Origin: Clostridia bacterium | Lineage (GTDB): Bacteria; Bacillota; Clostridia; Oscillospirales; CAG-272 | Direction of reading: 5' to 3' | Assembly (NCBI GenBank): GCA_017504205.1 | Contig: JAFVRO010000017.1 | Location: 11,743 to 75,742 of the forward strand | Length of the DNA: 64,000 nucleotides | In this document: positions 47,583-55,948 of the stretch, piece after piece | Position numbering within the stretch: position 1 is the first letter of the stretch | Layout: each line of letters opens with the position of its first letter | Position numbers and translations under genes: made by a program | Notes under the pieces: generated by a model | Seen by the model: the letters and a program-made list of their open reading frames with translations, nothing else | The model's database searches: none | What the model was told of the DNA's origin: nothing

Positions 47583-48592
47583 TCCTCATCCTCCCTGAAT
47601 ACTCTGAACTCAGTTTTAAGCGGCTTGAACTCAATAAACGGCGCTATAAGCTTGCAAAATCCGTTGATTATGGGACTGCTGTGGTGAAGCGCCGCCCAAA
47701 GCTCCTCGTAATGACATCCGAGCTTGAGCTTGGTATCGTCTGCGGTCTGACCGAAGTCAATAGTCTTGAAGCCGCCGTCTATGCCGTATCTGATTATCTC
47801 ATAAAGCATCCTGTGATAAACGGGATATTTTTCATTGTACTCCTGATCAACTCCAACAAATTCAAATATCAGTTCACTGCCGTTTTCAAGAAGCTGAACG
47901 AATCCCACAACGTGACCGTCAAGCTCCGCCACGAACATCTTGAACATATCCCCTCTGAAATAATTCGCACTGAGTGTCTCGATTTTTATGCGGGATTTGC
48001 GCTGTATGCTGAGATACATCTCATACATCTCATCGGTAAATTCCGTGCGGTTGTCAATATAGCGTATGGATATGTCTTGGGCTCGCTTGAATACCTTTTT
48101 GGCGTGATTTCTGTAATGACTGCGAAGATGCAAAAGATAATCGTCAAACGATGAAAAGCTCAGATCAAGAATGCACTTGGAGCAGGTAAGTCCCGTAGCA
48201 TATCCCGGTGCATTTTCGTCGTTAAGGTTCAGGATCATTTTGTATCCGCGTATACGCCGTATCTCGTCGAATACCTCGTCACGAAGCTTGCCGAGTATTA
48301 TTCCGCTTGCAGTAACGCTCATCGGAAGATAAATAAGAGTAACGCTTATCCTGAAGCTTATCGGCGTGAACATAGCTACATTGTAGCCGCGACGCTTATA
48401 TGCTATAAAGCAGGAATCAAGCTTATCCCCATCGTAAAACAGATAGTACGCAGGCGTATAGTCCGCCTCCGTCCTCTCAATAAACTCAAGAAATTTTCTG
48501 TTAAGATATATGTTCCCGTTTTGTGCTGCAAGTCCGTCCCATTCGGAAGGAAGCTCGCAGGCACGTTCAAGTTTAACCTTTTTTGTTGCCAT
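47579..48592 (-). CDS. GNAT-fold (FemAB/CelD/BioF2-like acyltransferase family) protein
   Basis: The C-terminal HVVGFVQLLENGSELIFEFVGVDQEY..YHRMLYEIIRYGIDGGFKTIDFGQTADDTKLKLG resembles Acetyltransf_6-type domains. 4-nt overlap with the downstream radical SAM gene. Confidence 0.45.
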   Translation of the reverse strand: MATKKVKLERACELPSEWDGLAAQNGNIYLNRKFLEFIERTEADYTPAYYLFYDGDKLDSCFIAYKRRGYNVAMFTPISFRISVTLIYLPMSVTASGIILGKLRDEVFDEIRRIRGYKMILNLNDENAPGYATGLTCSKCILDLSFSSFDDYLLHLRSHYRNHAKKVFKRAQDISIRYIDNRTEFTDEMYEMYLSIQRKSRIKIETLSANYFRGDMFKMFVAELDGHVVGFVQLLENGSELIFEFVGVDQEYNEKYPVYHRMLYEIIRYGIDGGFKTIDFGQTADDTKLKLGCHYEELWAALHHSSPIINGFCKLIAPFIEFKPLKTEFRVFREDEE

Positions 48593-49646
48593 CGGTAAAA
48601 TATACTCCGTATTTTCTGTGCGCCGCGCCGAAAAAATGCTCGTTTAGCCTCCTTGACGGCAGATTGTTGTCCCAGACGAAATTGGTCTCTACATACTTGA
48701 ATTTTTTACCCGTGATGAAGCTGAATTCCTCTATCAAAGCAAGTGTTGCCGCATATGAAAGCGATCCTACCGCATTGAGCTTGGCGGTATCGATCCTACT
48801 CCGCTTGAATACATAGGACGCCGCTATCTCCGCCATAGAGCAAACACGCCCCGTGCGAAGCATCCGATTGTAATCGGGATGCCAGAACAGAAATCCTATC
48901 TCGCGGCCGTTACCGTCAAGCGCAAAGATCAGATTTTTGCACCCCAGAAACGGCTTCATATCCTTCATAAGCTCAAAAAAATGTCCCTCGTCCGTTGGAA
49001 ACCATAAATAAGTTTTCGATATAGTCTGCTCGCAAAGACGGCGCATTACCTCCGTCTCCTCGGCAAAATGACTCATGTCAGCATATCTTATGGATATCTT
49101 ATCGCTCGCCCGCGACCTCTTGCACTCAAGTATTTCTTCAAGTCTGCTCTTTTCCGCCCGATAAGTTGAGAGCGTAACGCACTCAAACTCTTTGAAGTAT
49201 TCCGCATAATACGGCTTGTTGTAAAGACTGTCAAAGGAGTTGACGTAATCAAATCCGTCCGTGAGTATGCCGACACCGTAACTCAGATGTCCGTGCAGAC
49301 CTATTACCACTCTCTTTGCACCGTAATGTACGGCTCTTTCGTCGGCAAGCCGAAGCAAGGCATTAACCGCATCCTGTACATTTTCAAGCGCATCAAAAAA
49401 TGCAACCTGAAGATAGGGAAGTCGGGGATTGTAAATGAACAGAGCCTGAGCAAGCACCGTCTCACCCTCGCATACCGTCGCGATCTCGGTAGCACACCTG
49501 CACGCAAATTCAGTTTGCTTGAAGAGCAGACTGTCAAGCACGAACTCACTTGTGCTTACATAGTTTGCATCTCCTTTGTAAAGCTCTGCTCTGAACTTCT
49601 TGAATTCTTTGGCTCTTTTTACATTGTATAAGCTTGATGCCGTCAT
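48573..49646 (-). CDS. Hypothetical protein, possibly GNAT-fold acyltransferase-like
   Basis: Similar size and position to the neighbouring GNAT-like gene, which it overlaps by 20 nt. No catalytic motif recognised with confidence. Confidence 0.35.
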   Translation of the reverse strand: MTASSLYNVKRAKEFKKFRAELYKGDANYVSTSEFVLDSLLFKQTEFACRCATEIATVCEGETVLAQALFIYNPRLPYLQVAFFDALENVQDAVNALLRLADERAVHYGAKRVVIGLHGHLSYGVGILTDGFDYVNSFDSLYNKPYYAEYFKEFECVTLSTYRAEKSRLEEILECKRSRASDKISIRYADMSHFAEETEVMRRLCEQTISKTYLWFPTDEGHFFELMKDMKPFLGCKNLIFALDGNGREIGFLFWHPDYNRMLRTGRVCSMAEIAASYVFKRSRIDTAKLNAVGSLSYAATLALIEEFSFITGKKFKYVETNFVWDNNLPSRRLNEHFFGAAHRKYGVYFTDGNKKG

Positions 49647-49671
49647 GCTATCGCCCCCGTTTCATGTATCA

Positions 49672-49700
49672 ATTATATCATAGCGCATATTATTTTGCAA
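49672..49700 (-). promoter_or_regulatory. Putative promoter of the GNAT/radical SAM operon
   Basis: Minus strand: TTGCAA - 17 nt - TATAAT with TGn, about 25 nt upstream of the start codon. Confidence 0.5.
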
Positions 49701-49718
49701 GTAGATTACCTGAAATAC

Positions 49719-49747
49719 TTGATTAACGGAAGGAAATGTAGTATAAT
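49719..49747 (+). promoter_or_regulatory. Putative promoter of prmC-cdd
   Basis: TTGATT - 17 nt - TATAAT. Confidence 0.5.
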
Positions 49748-49787
49748 TAAAGAAGAGAAGCATTAAGTAAACGTGAACGGAGAAAAA

Positions 49788-50618
49788 ATGTCAGACAATA
49801 TAACCTATACAGAAGCCGTAAGGATATTGCGCGATGCAGGTATTTCGGACGCACCCTTTGAGGCAAGACTTATTATCAGCACCGTATGTGACGTATCACT
49901 TGCAAGCATACTTGGCGATCCCGATAAAACGTATGAGAATCAGACGCTTATAAATGCAATAAAACTGCGTGCCACACGCTACCCTTTGCAATATATACTT
50001 GGTGAGGTCGGCTTCCGTGATTGTACCTTCAAGGTCACGGAGCATACACTGATACCACGCCCGGATACCGAGTTGCTCGTCGAATACGCCGTAACGCATA
50101 TCCCGAATAACGCCCGAATAGCGGATCTTTGCACAGGAAGCGGATGTATTGCCGTATCGACCCTTGCAGAGCGTCCCGACATTTCGGCGATTGCAACCGA
50201 TATCGATCCCGAAACCCTTGAAGTAGCAGCGCATAATGCAACAAAAAACGGCGTATCAGACCGCCTTACTCTGTTGCTCGATGACGTAAAGCATCCAGAC
50301 CGTATTTCAGAATATGCCCCCTTCGACGTAATACTTTCAAACCCACCGTATATTCCGTCTATGGATGTCAAAGGACTTGAAGAAGAGCTGAAATACGAGC
50401 CGCATATCGCGCTCGACGGCGGAGATGACGGTCTTGACTTCTACCGCGCTATTATTACACACTACATCCCTTTGCTGAAGGAAAACGGCTTCCTTGCCTT
50501 TGAAATAGGATACGATCAGGAAAAAGCAATGCTTTTGCTTGCACAGAGGCACTCGCTGAAATGCCAAATAATCAAGGACTACGGCTCAAATCCCCGCGTC
50601 GCCGTCCTTACACGCTGA
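49788..50618 (+). CDS. prmC: Release factor glutamine N5-methyltransferase
   Basis: PLQYILGEVGF, DLCTGSGCIA and ILSNPPYIP motifs. The ATG at 49788 has a GGAG RBS. Confidence 0.85.
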   Translation: MSDNITYTEAVRILRDAGISDAPFEARLIISTVCDVSLASILGDPDKTYENQTLINAIKLRATRYPLQYILGEVGFRDCTFKVTEHTLIPRPDTELLVEYAVTHIPNNARIADLCTGSGCIAVSTLAERPDISAIATDIDPETLEVAAHNATKNGVSDRLTLLLDDVKHPDRISEYAPFDVILSNPPYIPSMDVKGLEEELKYEPHIALDGGDDGLDFYRAIITHYIPLLKENGFLAFEIGYDQEKAMLLLAQRHSLKCQIIKDYGSNPRVAVLTR

Positions 50619-50633
50619 GAAAGAGGTATAAAA

Positions 50634-51074
50634 ATGAGTATTGAAAATAAAAACGCCGCTATAACCCCGACTGAATTGATTGATTATGCTAAGCAGGCCA
50701 TGAAGAAGGCTTATTGCCCGTATTCGGGATATAAAGTAGGAGCTGCACTGCTTACGAAGGACGGCAGAGTATTCACGGGCTGCAATATTGAAAACGCATC
50801 CTTTACCCCCACCGTCTGCGCGGAAAGAACCGCCTTTTTCAAAGCCATAAGTGAGGGAAATACCGACTTTTCAGCAATCGCAATCGTAGGAGGCAAGGAC
50901 GGCGTGATAAGTGGAGTCTTTCCACCCTGCGGAGTGTGCCGTCAGGTGATGTCAGAGTTCTGCGATCCCCGGACATTCAAGGTGTATCTCGGTACGGAAA
51001 CCGACGAATACAAGTCCTTGACTCTTGCCGAGCTTCTGCCGTACGGGTTCAGTAAAAGTAACGTAAATATTTGA
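50634..51074 (+). CDS. cdd: Cytidine deaminase
   Basis: CAERTAFFKA and PCGVCRQVM zinc-binding motifs. Confidence 0.9.
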   Translation: MSIENKNAAITPTELIDYAKQAMKKAYCPYSGYKVGAALLTKDGRVFTGCNIENASFTPTVCAERTAFFKAISEGNTDFSAIAIVGGKDGVISGVFPPCGVCRQVMSEFCDPRTFKVYLGTETDEYKSLTLAELLPYGFSKSNVNI

Positions 51075-51083
51075 CAAAGAAAC

Positions 51084-51112
51084 GGGCTGTCTCATTAAGA
51101 CAGCCCCTTTGG
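51084..51112 (+). terminator. Rho-independent terminator (copy B of the repeated hairpin)
   Basis: gggctgtct-catta-agacagccc followed by ctttgg. Same sequence as 22213-22235. Confidence 0.7.
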
Positions 51113-51124
51113 TTATGTATATTT

Positions 51125-51955
51125 TTATGCTTCTTTTGCTTTAAAGCCTTTTATCCATTCAAGCGAGAGCTGTGCCCATCCGGCGGCACGCGGTACGATC
51201 ATGCGCGGCTTTCCTGAGCAGGTCAGCTCGTTGCAGAGCGAAAGTCCGTGAGGACCTTCGGGATAAATGTGCAACTCAAACGGTACGCCATGTGCTCTGA
51301 GCGCCGATGCCATAAGTAGGGAATTTTCTACAGGGACGGATCCGTCACTGTAGGTGTGCCATAAGAACGCGGGCGGTGTGGTTTCGTCAACGTGAAGCTC
51401 AAGCGAGAATACGTCCTTTTCCTCCTGAGTTGGCTCGACACTGCTGCACAGTCTGCGTATTGAGCCTTTGTGAGCCTTGGGACCCGCAGTTATAACAGGG
51501 TAGGAAAGCACCATACCCGTCGGACGGTTGATTCCCTCGGGGCAGTCACCAAGTGCCGCCCGAACCGTAGGATGATTCCAGAAAACTCCCGCCGATGCCG
51601 CAAGATGTCCTCCTGCCGAAAAACCAACGGTGAACACTCTTTCAGGATCAATATTGTATTTTTCCGCATTTTCCCTGACGTGCTTGATAGCAAGCGCTAC
51701 CTCGATGATAGGGGCAAAGTTCTTAGCGTTTTCTTTGACGGAATACCTGAGAATAAATGCGTTGAGTCCTCCGCTCAGATAGTGCAACGCAATCGGCTCT
51801 GACTCTCTCTCGGAGCAAAATCCGTATGCGCCACCGGGACAAACGATTATCGCCGGTCTTGGCGGCATTGCAAGCTCAGGTGAATCATCGTTAACGTACG
51901 TTGTCAACGTGCAATCGGGATATCTTTCGTCAAGAATAAATTTTTCGTGTAGCAT
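51125..51955 (-). CDS. Alpha/beta hydrolase (acetyl esterase/lipase family)
   Basis: CPGGAYG oxyanion region and the GFSAGGHLA nucleophile elbow. Confidence 0.75.
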   Translation of the reverse strand: MLHEKFILDERYPDCTLTTYVNDDSPELAMPPRPAIIVCPGGAYGFCSERESEPIALHYLSGGLNAFILRYSVKENAKNFAPIIEVALAIKHVRENAEKYNIDPERVFTVGFSAGGHLAASAGVFWNHPTVRAALGDCPEGINRPTGMVLSYPVITAGPKAHKGSIRRLCSSVEPTQEEKDVFSLELHVDETTPPAFLWHTYSDGSVPVENSLLMASALRAHGVPFELHIYPEGPHGLSLCNELTCSGKPRMIVPRAAGWAQLSLEWIKGFKAKEA

Positions 51956-51975
51956 AGCTTATTCCTCCGTTTTTA

Positions 51976-53931
51976 TTATATATTTAGCTCCTCGTATATT
52001 TCAAGCAGCCTTTCTTCAATTTCTTCTATTCGCACACCTATTTCAGCGGCACGAACGTAGTCCGATGCGGCGCTTCCGTAAAGCTCTTTGTTAAGAGCCT
52101 CAAGCTCCAACTCGAGCGACTCCTGCTCCTTTTTCATTTTCTCAAGTCGCCTTTGCTCACGCCTGGCATCCGCCGCTTGCTTTTTGTTCTGCAAAAATTG
52201 CTCTTTTGCCGAGCTTACCGCAACGGGTGCCTCATCAGCTTCGCCTGCTTCGGTCTCACGCTCCGCAAGCCTGAGTGCCTGCACCTCCGCATATCCGTTG
52301 CCTGCCGTCACTACCGTGTAGTCAAGCAGATCCCCAAATTTTTTCTCCGGTGGATCAAGGAAGAATATCCTCGTTGCAAGCTTGTTGATAAGGTATCTGT
52401 CATGCGAAATGATGACAACGGTTCCGTCATATTCGGCAAGTGCATTTTCAAGCACCTCGCGCGACGATATGTCAAGATGGTTGGTAGGCTCGTCCAATAT
52501 CAGCAGATTTGCCGGTGACAGTATCAACTTGGCTATAGTAAGTCGTGCCTTTTCACCTCCGCTGAGCACCGACACCGTCTTGAAAACGTCATCGCCAAAG
52601 AACCTGAATGCCCCAAGAGTGTTGCGTACCTCGGTCTCCGTCAGACGCGGATAAGCATCCCATAGCTCGTCAAGCACTGTTTTGGAATCTGTAAGACCGC
52701 GGTTGGTCTGATCGTAATAGGCGATCTCAAGATTGTATCCTTGCTCAAGTACACCACTGAGTGGCACAAGCTCTCCCAACATTAGCCTGATAAGCGTTGT
52801 CTTTCCGCATCCGTTTGGCCCGAGAATAAATACACGCTCTCCGCGACGTATTAAAAAAGATACGTCCGAGAAAAGTCGCCTTCCGCCAAAGCCCATGGAT
52901 ATGCCCGAGGCACGGATGACCTCCGTACCGCTCTGCATCTTCTGCGTAAAAGAGAAGTGAATCGCCCTCTCCTCGTTCTCGGGACGTTCTATTTTAACCA
53001 TTTTGTCAAGCATCTTCTGTCGGCTCTCTGCGGCGATTATGTTTCTTTCGCGGTTCCACGCCCTCTGCTGAGCAATATACGCCTCCTGCCGTGCGATTTC
53101 TGCCTGCTGCTCACGGTAATGCTTCTCCGTGACTCTGCGGTCAAAGTCTCGCTTCTCCTTACTTACGGTGTAGTTGCCGTCGTAAAGATGCGCTCTGTGA
53201 AACTCTATCTGCAGAGTCTTGTTCGTTACTCTGTCAAGGAAATATCTGTCATGTGATACTACAAGCACGCATTTTTCGTACGATGCTATAAAATTTTCAA
53301 GCCAAGTCAAAGTCTCAATGTCAAGATGGTTGGTAGGCTCGTCAAGCAGCAAAATGTCGGGCTCCCGGCAGAGCTGTCTGCAAAGAGCTACTCGCGTACG
53401 TTGACCGCCGCTGAGTGTGGTGAGCGGTTGCCTCATCGACTCCGCATCAAATCCCATTCCGGCGAGTATTGACTCACATCTTCCCTTATATTCAAGACCT
53501 CCAAGTCTTGCGTACTCCTCGTGCTTTGCTGCATATTCATTGGCAAGTCTGCTTTTTTCGCGTTCGTCAAGCCCCGATAGCTCCGTTCTCGACAGCACGC
53601 TTTCGAGATATTCAAGTCGCTTCTCGATGGCGATAAGCTCACCGAACGAGGAGTACAAACACTCAAGCGCACAAAGCCCTTCCGAGCCATCGGGAATTTC
53701 AAATGCATCCTCTTGGCGAAGCATGCCTACGGTCGTGCTCCTGGCTATGAAAACTTCGCCCTCCTCCGGCTCCTGCTCGCCCATTATCACCTTGAACAGT
53801 GTGGACTTTCCGCTTCCGTTTATACCCACGATGCCAACGTGATCCGATTCGTTAAGCGAAAAGGATACCTTTTCCAGAAGCGTGAATGTGCCGAATCTTA
53901 CCGTTACGTCACTTAGTGAAATTACAGTCAT
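51976..53931 (-). CDS. ABC-F family ATPase (two NBDs plus C-terminal coiled coil)
   Basis: [12 protein letters not shown] / [11 protein letters not shown] / [11 protein letters not shown] in the first NBD and GPNGCGKTT / LSGGEKARL / [11 protein letters not shown] in the second. No TM domain. Lys/Glu-rich C-terminus. Confidence 0.9.
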   Translation of the reverse strand: MTVISLSDVTVRFGTFTLLEKVSFSLNESDHVGIVGINGSGKSTLFKVIMGEQEPEEGEVFIARSTTVGMLRQEDAFEIPDGSEGLCALECLYSSFGELIAIEKRLEYLESVLSRTELSGLDEREKSRLANEYAAKHEEYARLGGLEYKGRCESILAGMGFDAESMRQPLTTLSGGQRTRVALCRQLCREPDILLLDEPTNHLDIETLTWLENFIASYEKCVLVVSHDRYFLDRVTNKTLQIEFHRAHLYDGNYTVSKEKRDFDRRVTEKHYREQQAEIARQEAYIAQQRAWNRERNIIAAESRQKMLDKMVKIERPENEERAIHFSFTQKMQSGTEVIRASGISMGFGGRRLFSDVSFLIRRGERVFILGPNGCGKTTLIRLMLGELVPLSGVLEQGYNLEIAYYDQTNRGLTDSKTVLDELWDAYPRLTETEVRNTLGAFRFFGDDVFKTVSVLSGGEKARLTIAKLILSPANLLILDEPTNHLDISSREVLENALAEYDGTVVIISHDRYLINKLATRIFFLDPPEKKFGDLLDYTVVTAGNGYAEVQALRLAERETEAGEADEAPVAVSSAKEQFLQNKKQAADARREQRRLEKMKKEQESLELELEALNKELYGSAASDYVRAAEIGVRIEEIEERLLEIYEELNI

Positions 53932-54084
53932 TTTATATCCTCAAGAATTGTATTACTAACAATTTATTATAACAGAAATCTCAACTTAAATCAATACGGA
54001 AAAATAAATTTTTTCTCAAGGTATAGAAAACCGCCTTTCTGCAGATATTATTTATGCAATCATTTTACAAAAGAGGGAATTATA

Positions 54085-54264
54085 ATGATGAAAACAAAAC
54101 TTGCCTCAACAGTTCTTGCGGGTGTCGCAGTCGTTACTGCCGCCGGTGCCGTAGCGGTTGCCGGCAGTAAAAAGCATAAGGCTAAGAAAATGGCGCGAAA
54201 AACGGGTAAGCAGCTCGAAATGGTCGGAACCGTTATTCAAAGCATTGCTTCAATGACTAAGTAA
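54085..54264 (+). CDS. Small hydrophobic/basic protein (59 aa), below the ORF-track cutoff
   Basis: AGAGGGA RBS. MMKTKLASTVLAGVAVVTAAGAVAVAGSKKHKAKKMARKTGKQLEMVGTVIQSIASMTK. A hairpin terminator follows immediately. Confidence 0.35.
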   Translation: MMKTKLASTVLAGVAVVTAAGAVAVAGSKKHKAKKMARKTGKQLEMVGTVIQSIASMTK

Positions 54265-54268
54265 AAAA

Positions 54269-54310
54269 GCAAGACGTCTTGTCAGCGCAAGGCGTCTTGC
54301 TTTCATATTT
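54269..54310 (+). terminator. Rho-independent terminator
   Basis: gcaagacgtcttg-tcagcg-caaggcgtcttgc followed by tttcatattt. Confidence 0.6.
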
Positions 54311-54344
54311 AACCGTTTTTTAACAATTTACCGCATATTCCCTC

Positions 54345-54374
54345 TTGACGAACATATGTTCAATGGTGTAAAAT
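54345..54374 (+). promoter_or_regulatory. SOS promoter with embedded LexA box
   Basis: TTGACG (-35), then CGAACATATGTTCA at 54349-54362, which matches the Firmicutes LexA consensus CGAACnnnnGTTCG. A TAAAAT -10 sits at 54369-54374. Confidence 0.7.
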
Positions 54375-54402
54375 ATAGATAGTTTAAAGAAGGGGTGACG
54401 AA

Positions 54403-54675
54403 ATGACTTATGAAAGAATACCGCTTGCGGTTCAGGTGGTGATCAGACGCGACGGATCAATAGTACCGCAAAAGGTAATGTTTGAAAAAACGCCATACCA
54501 TATCACCTCTATAGTCTCAGTAAAACGCTTCTGCCCCCGTATCGTTCCGTGCATAGCTCCCGTCGAATATACAGTGGTTATAAACGGTATACTGAAGCGC
54601 ATATATTACGAATCCGATACTAACAAATGGTTTTCCGTTAAAGAAAGGAACGAAAATGATCCCCAAGCCTACTAA
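54403..54675 (+). CDS. Hypothetical 90-aa protein, first gene of the LexA-box operon
   Basis: GGGGTGA RBS. Overlaps dinB by 20 nt. No motif recognised. Confidence 0.5.
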   Translation: MTYERIPLAVQVVIRRDGSIVPQKVMFEKTPYHITSIVSVKRFCPRIVPCIAPVEYTVVINGILKRIYYESDTNKWFSVKERNENDPQAY

Positions 54676-55876
54676 AGACAGATTTATTCTTCACAGTGAT
54701 CTGAATTGCTTTTTCGCATCCGTTGCAACCGTCCTTGAGCCACGGTATCGCGGACTTCCCATAGCTGTGTGCGGAGACAGTGAGCAAAGACACGGAATAG
54801 TACTTGCCAAAAGTGAGGCGGCAAAGAAAATGGGAGTAAAAACGGGTATGGTAACCTGGCAGGCAAAACAGCTATGCCCGGACCTCATATCAGTGCCACC
54901 GGAATACGAAGCATACGAAAAATTTTCAAGGCTAACCAGATGCATCTATGCAAGATATACCGATTATATAGAAGCCTTCGGTATAGATGAGTGCTGGCTT
55001 GATATAAGCAATATCGCAAATAATATCACCTCCGCTACTGAAATAGCAAACGAGATACGCAACGCCGTCAGGGAGGAGCTCGGGCTTACGGTAAGTATCG
55101 GAGTGTCCTTCAATAAGACCTTTGCAAAGCTTGGTTCTGATATAAAAAAGCCCGATGCCGTTACCGCCATACCGTATGAAAGCTTCAAAGAGATAGTCTG
55201 GCCCTTGCCCGTGGAAAGTATGCTCGGCGTCGGACGTTCAACGCAGCAAAAGCTCTCAACCTTCGGTGTTCATACGATAGGTGAGCTTGCAGCAATACCG
55301 CTTGACCTGCTTGAGTATAAATTCGGCAAAATTGGCACGGGACTCTGGCTCTGTGCTAACGGCCTCGATACATCCCCCGTCGTGCAAAAGGACTTTTTAT
55401 ACCCCATTAAAAGCGTTGGACACGGAAGCACCGTTGCAAAGGATCTGACATCAAACCAACAGGTCTGGCATCTGATGCTTGCGCTTTCTCAGGAGATAGG
55501 AGCAAAGCTCCGTAAGCATGAAAAGCTGGCGCGAGGAATAGCCGTCGATATCAAAACCAATGACTTCGTACATTTCAGCTGGCAGACACAACTGTCTGCC
55601 CCCACAGACAATACGCAAACTATTGCCTACGAGGCGTATCAGCTCTTTCTTGAGCGTTACCGCTGGCAAACCCCTATCCGCTCCGTCACCGTACGGGCGA
55701 TCAACCTTACCGAGGCAGATACCCCCACTCAGCTTGACGTATTCACCGACTCCTCTCAACGTGTAAGGGAAGAGAAGCTCGGCAGAGTCATAGACGGCCT
55801 GCGCGACAAATACGGCGACGGTATAATACGCAATGCCGTATTGCTTGAAAATATGTATCCCGATGACGAACAATAA
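54656..55876 (+). CDS. dinB: DNA polymerase IV (Y-family)
   Basis: ILHSDLNCFFASV, GIDECWLDIS and SIGVSFNKTFAKLGSD motifs. Confidence 0.9.
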   Translation: MIPKPTKDRFILHSDLNCFFASVATVLEPRYRGLPIAVCGDSEQRHGIVLAKSEAAKKMGVKTGMVTWQAKQLCPDLISVPPEYEAYEKFSRLTRCIYARYTDYIEAFGIDECWLDISNIANNITSATEIANEIRNAVREELGLTVSIGVSFNKTFAKLGSDIKKPDAVTAIPYESFKEIVWPLPVESMLGVGRSTQQKLSTFGVHTIGELAAIPLDLLEYKFGKIGTGLWLCANGLDTSPVVQKDFLYPIKSVGHGSTVAKDLTSNQQVWHLMLALSQEIGAKLRKHEKLARGIAVDIKTNDFVHFSWQTQLSAPTDNTQTIAYEAYQLFLERYRWQTPIRSVTVRAINLTEADTPTQLDVFTDSSQRVREEKLGRVIDGLRDKYGDGIIRNAVLLENMYPDDEQ

Positions 55877-55948
55877 ATACCGAAAAAAGCAAGCAACAGG
55901 ATCAAGATGTCCCGTATGCTTGCTTTACTATTTATATTTTGAACCGCT

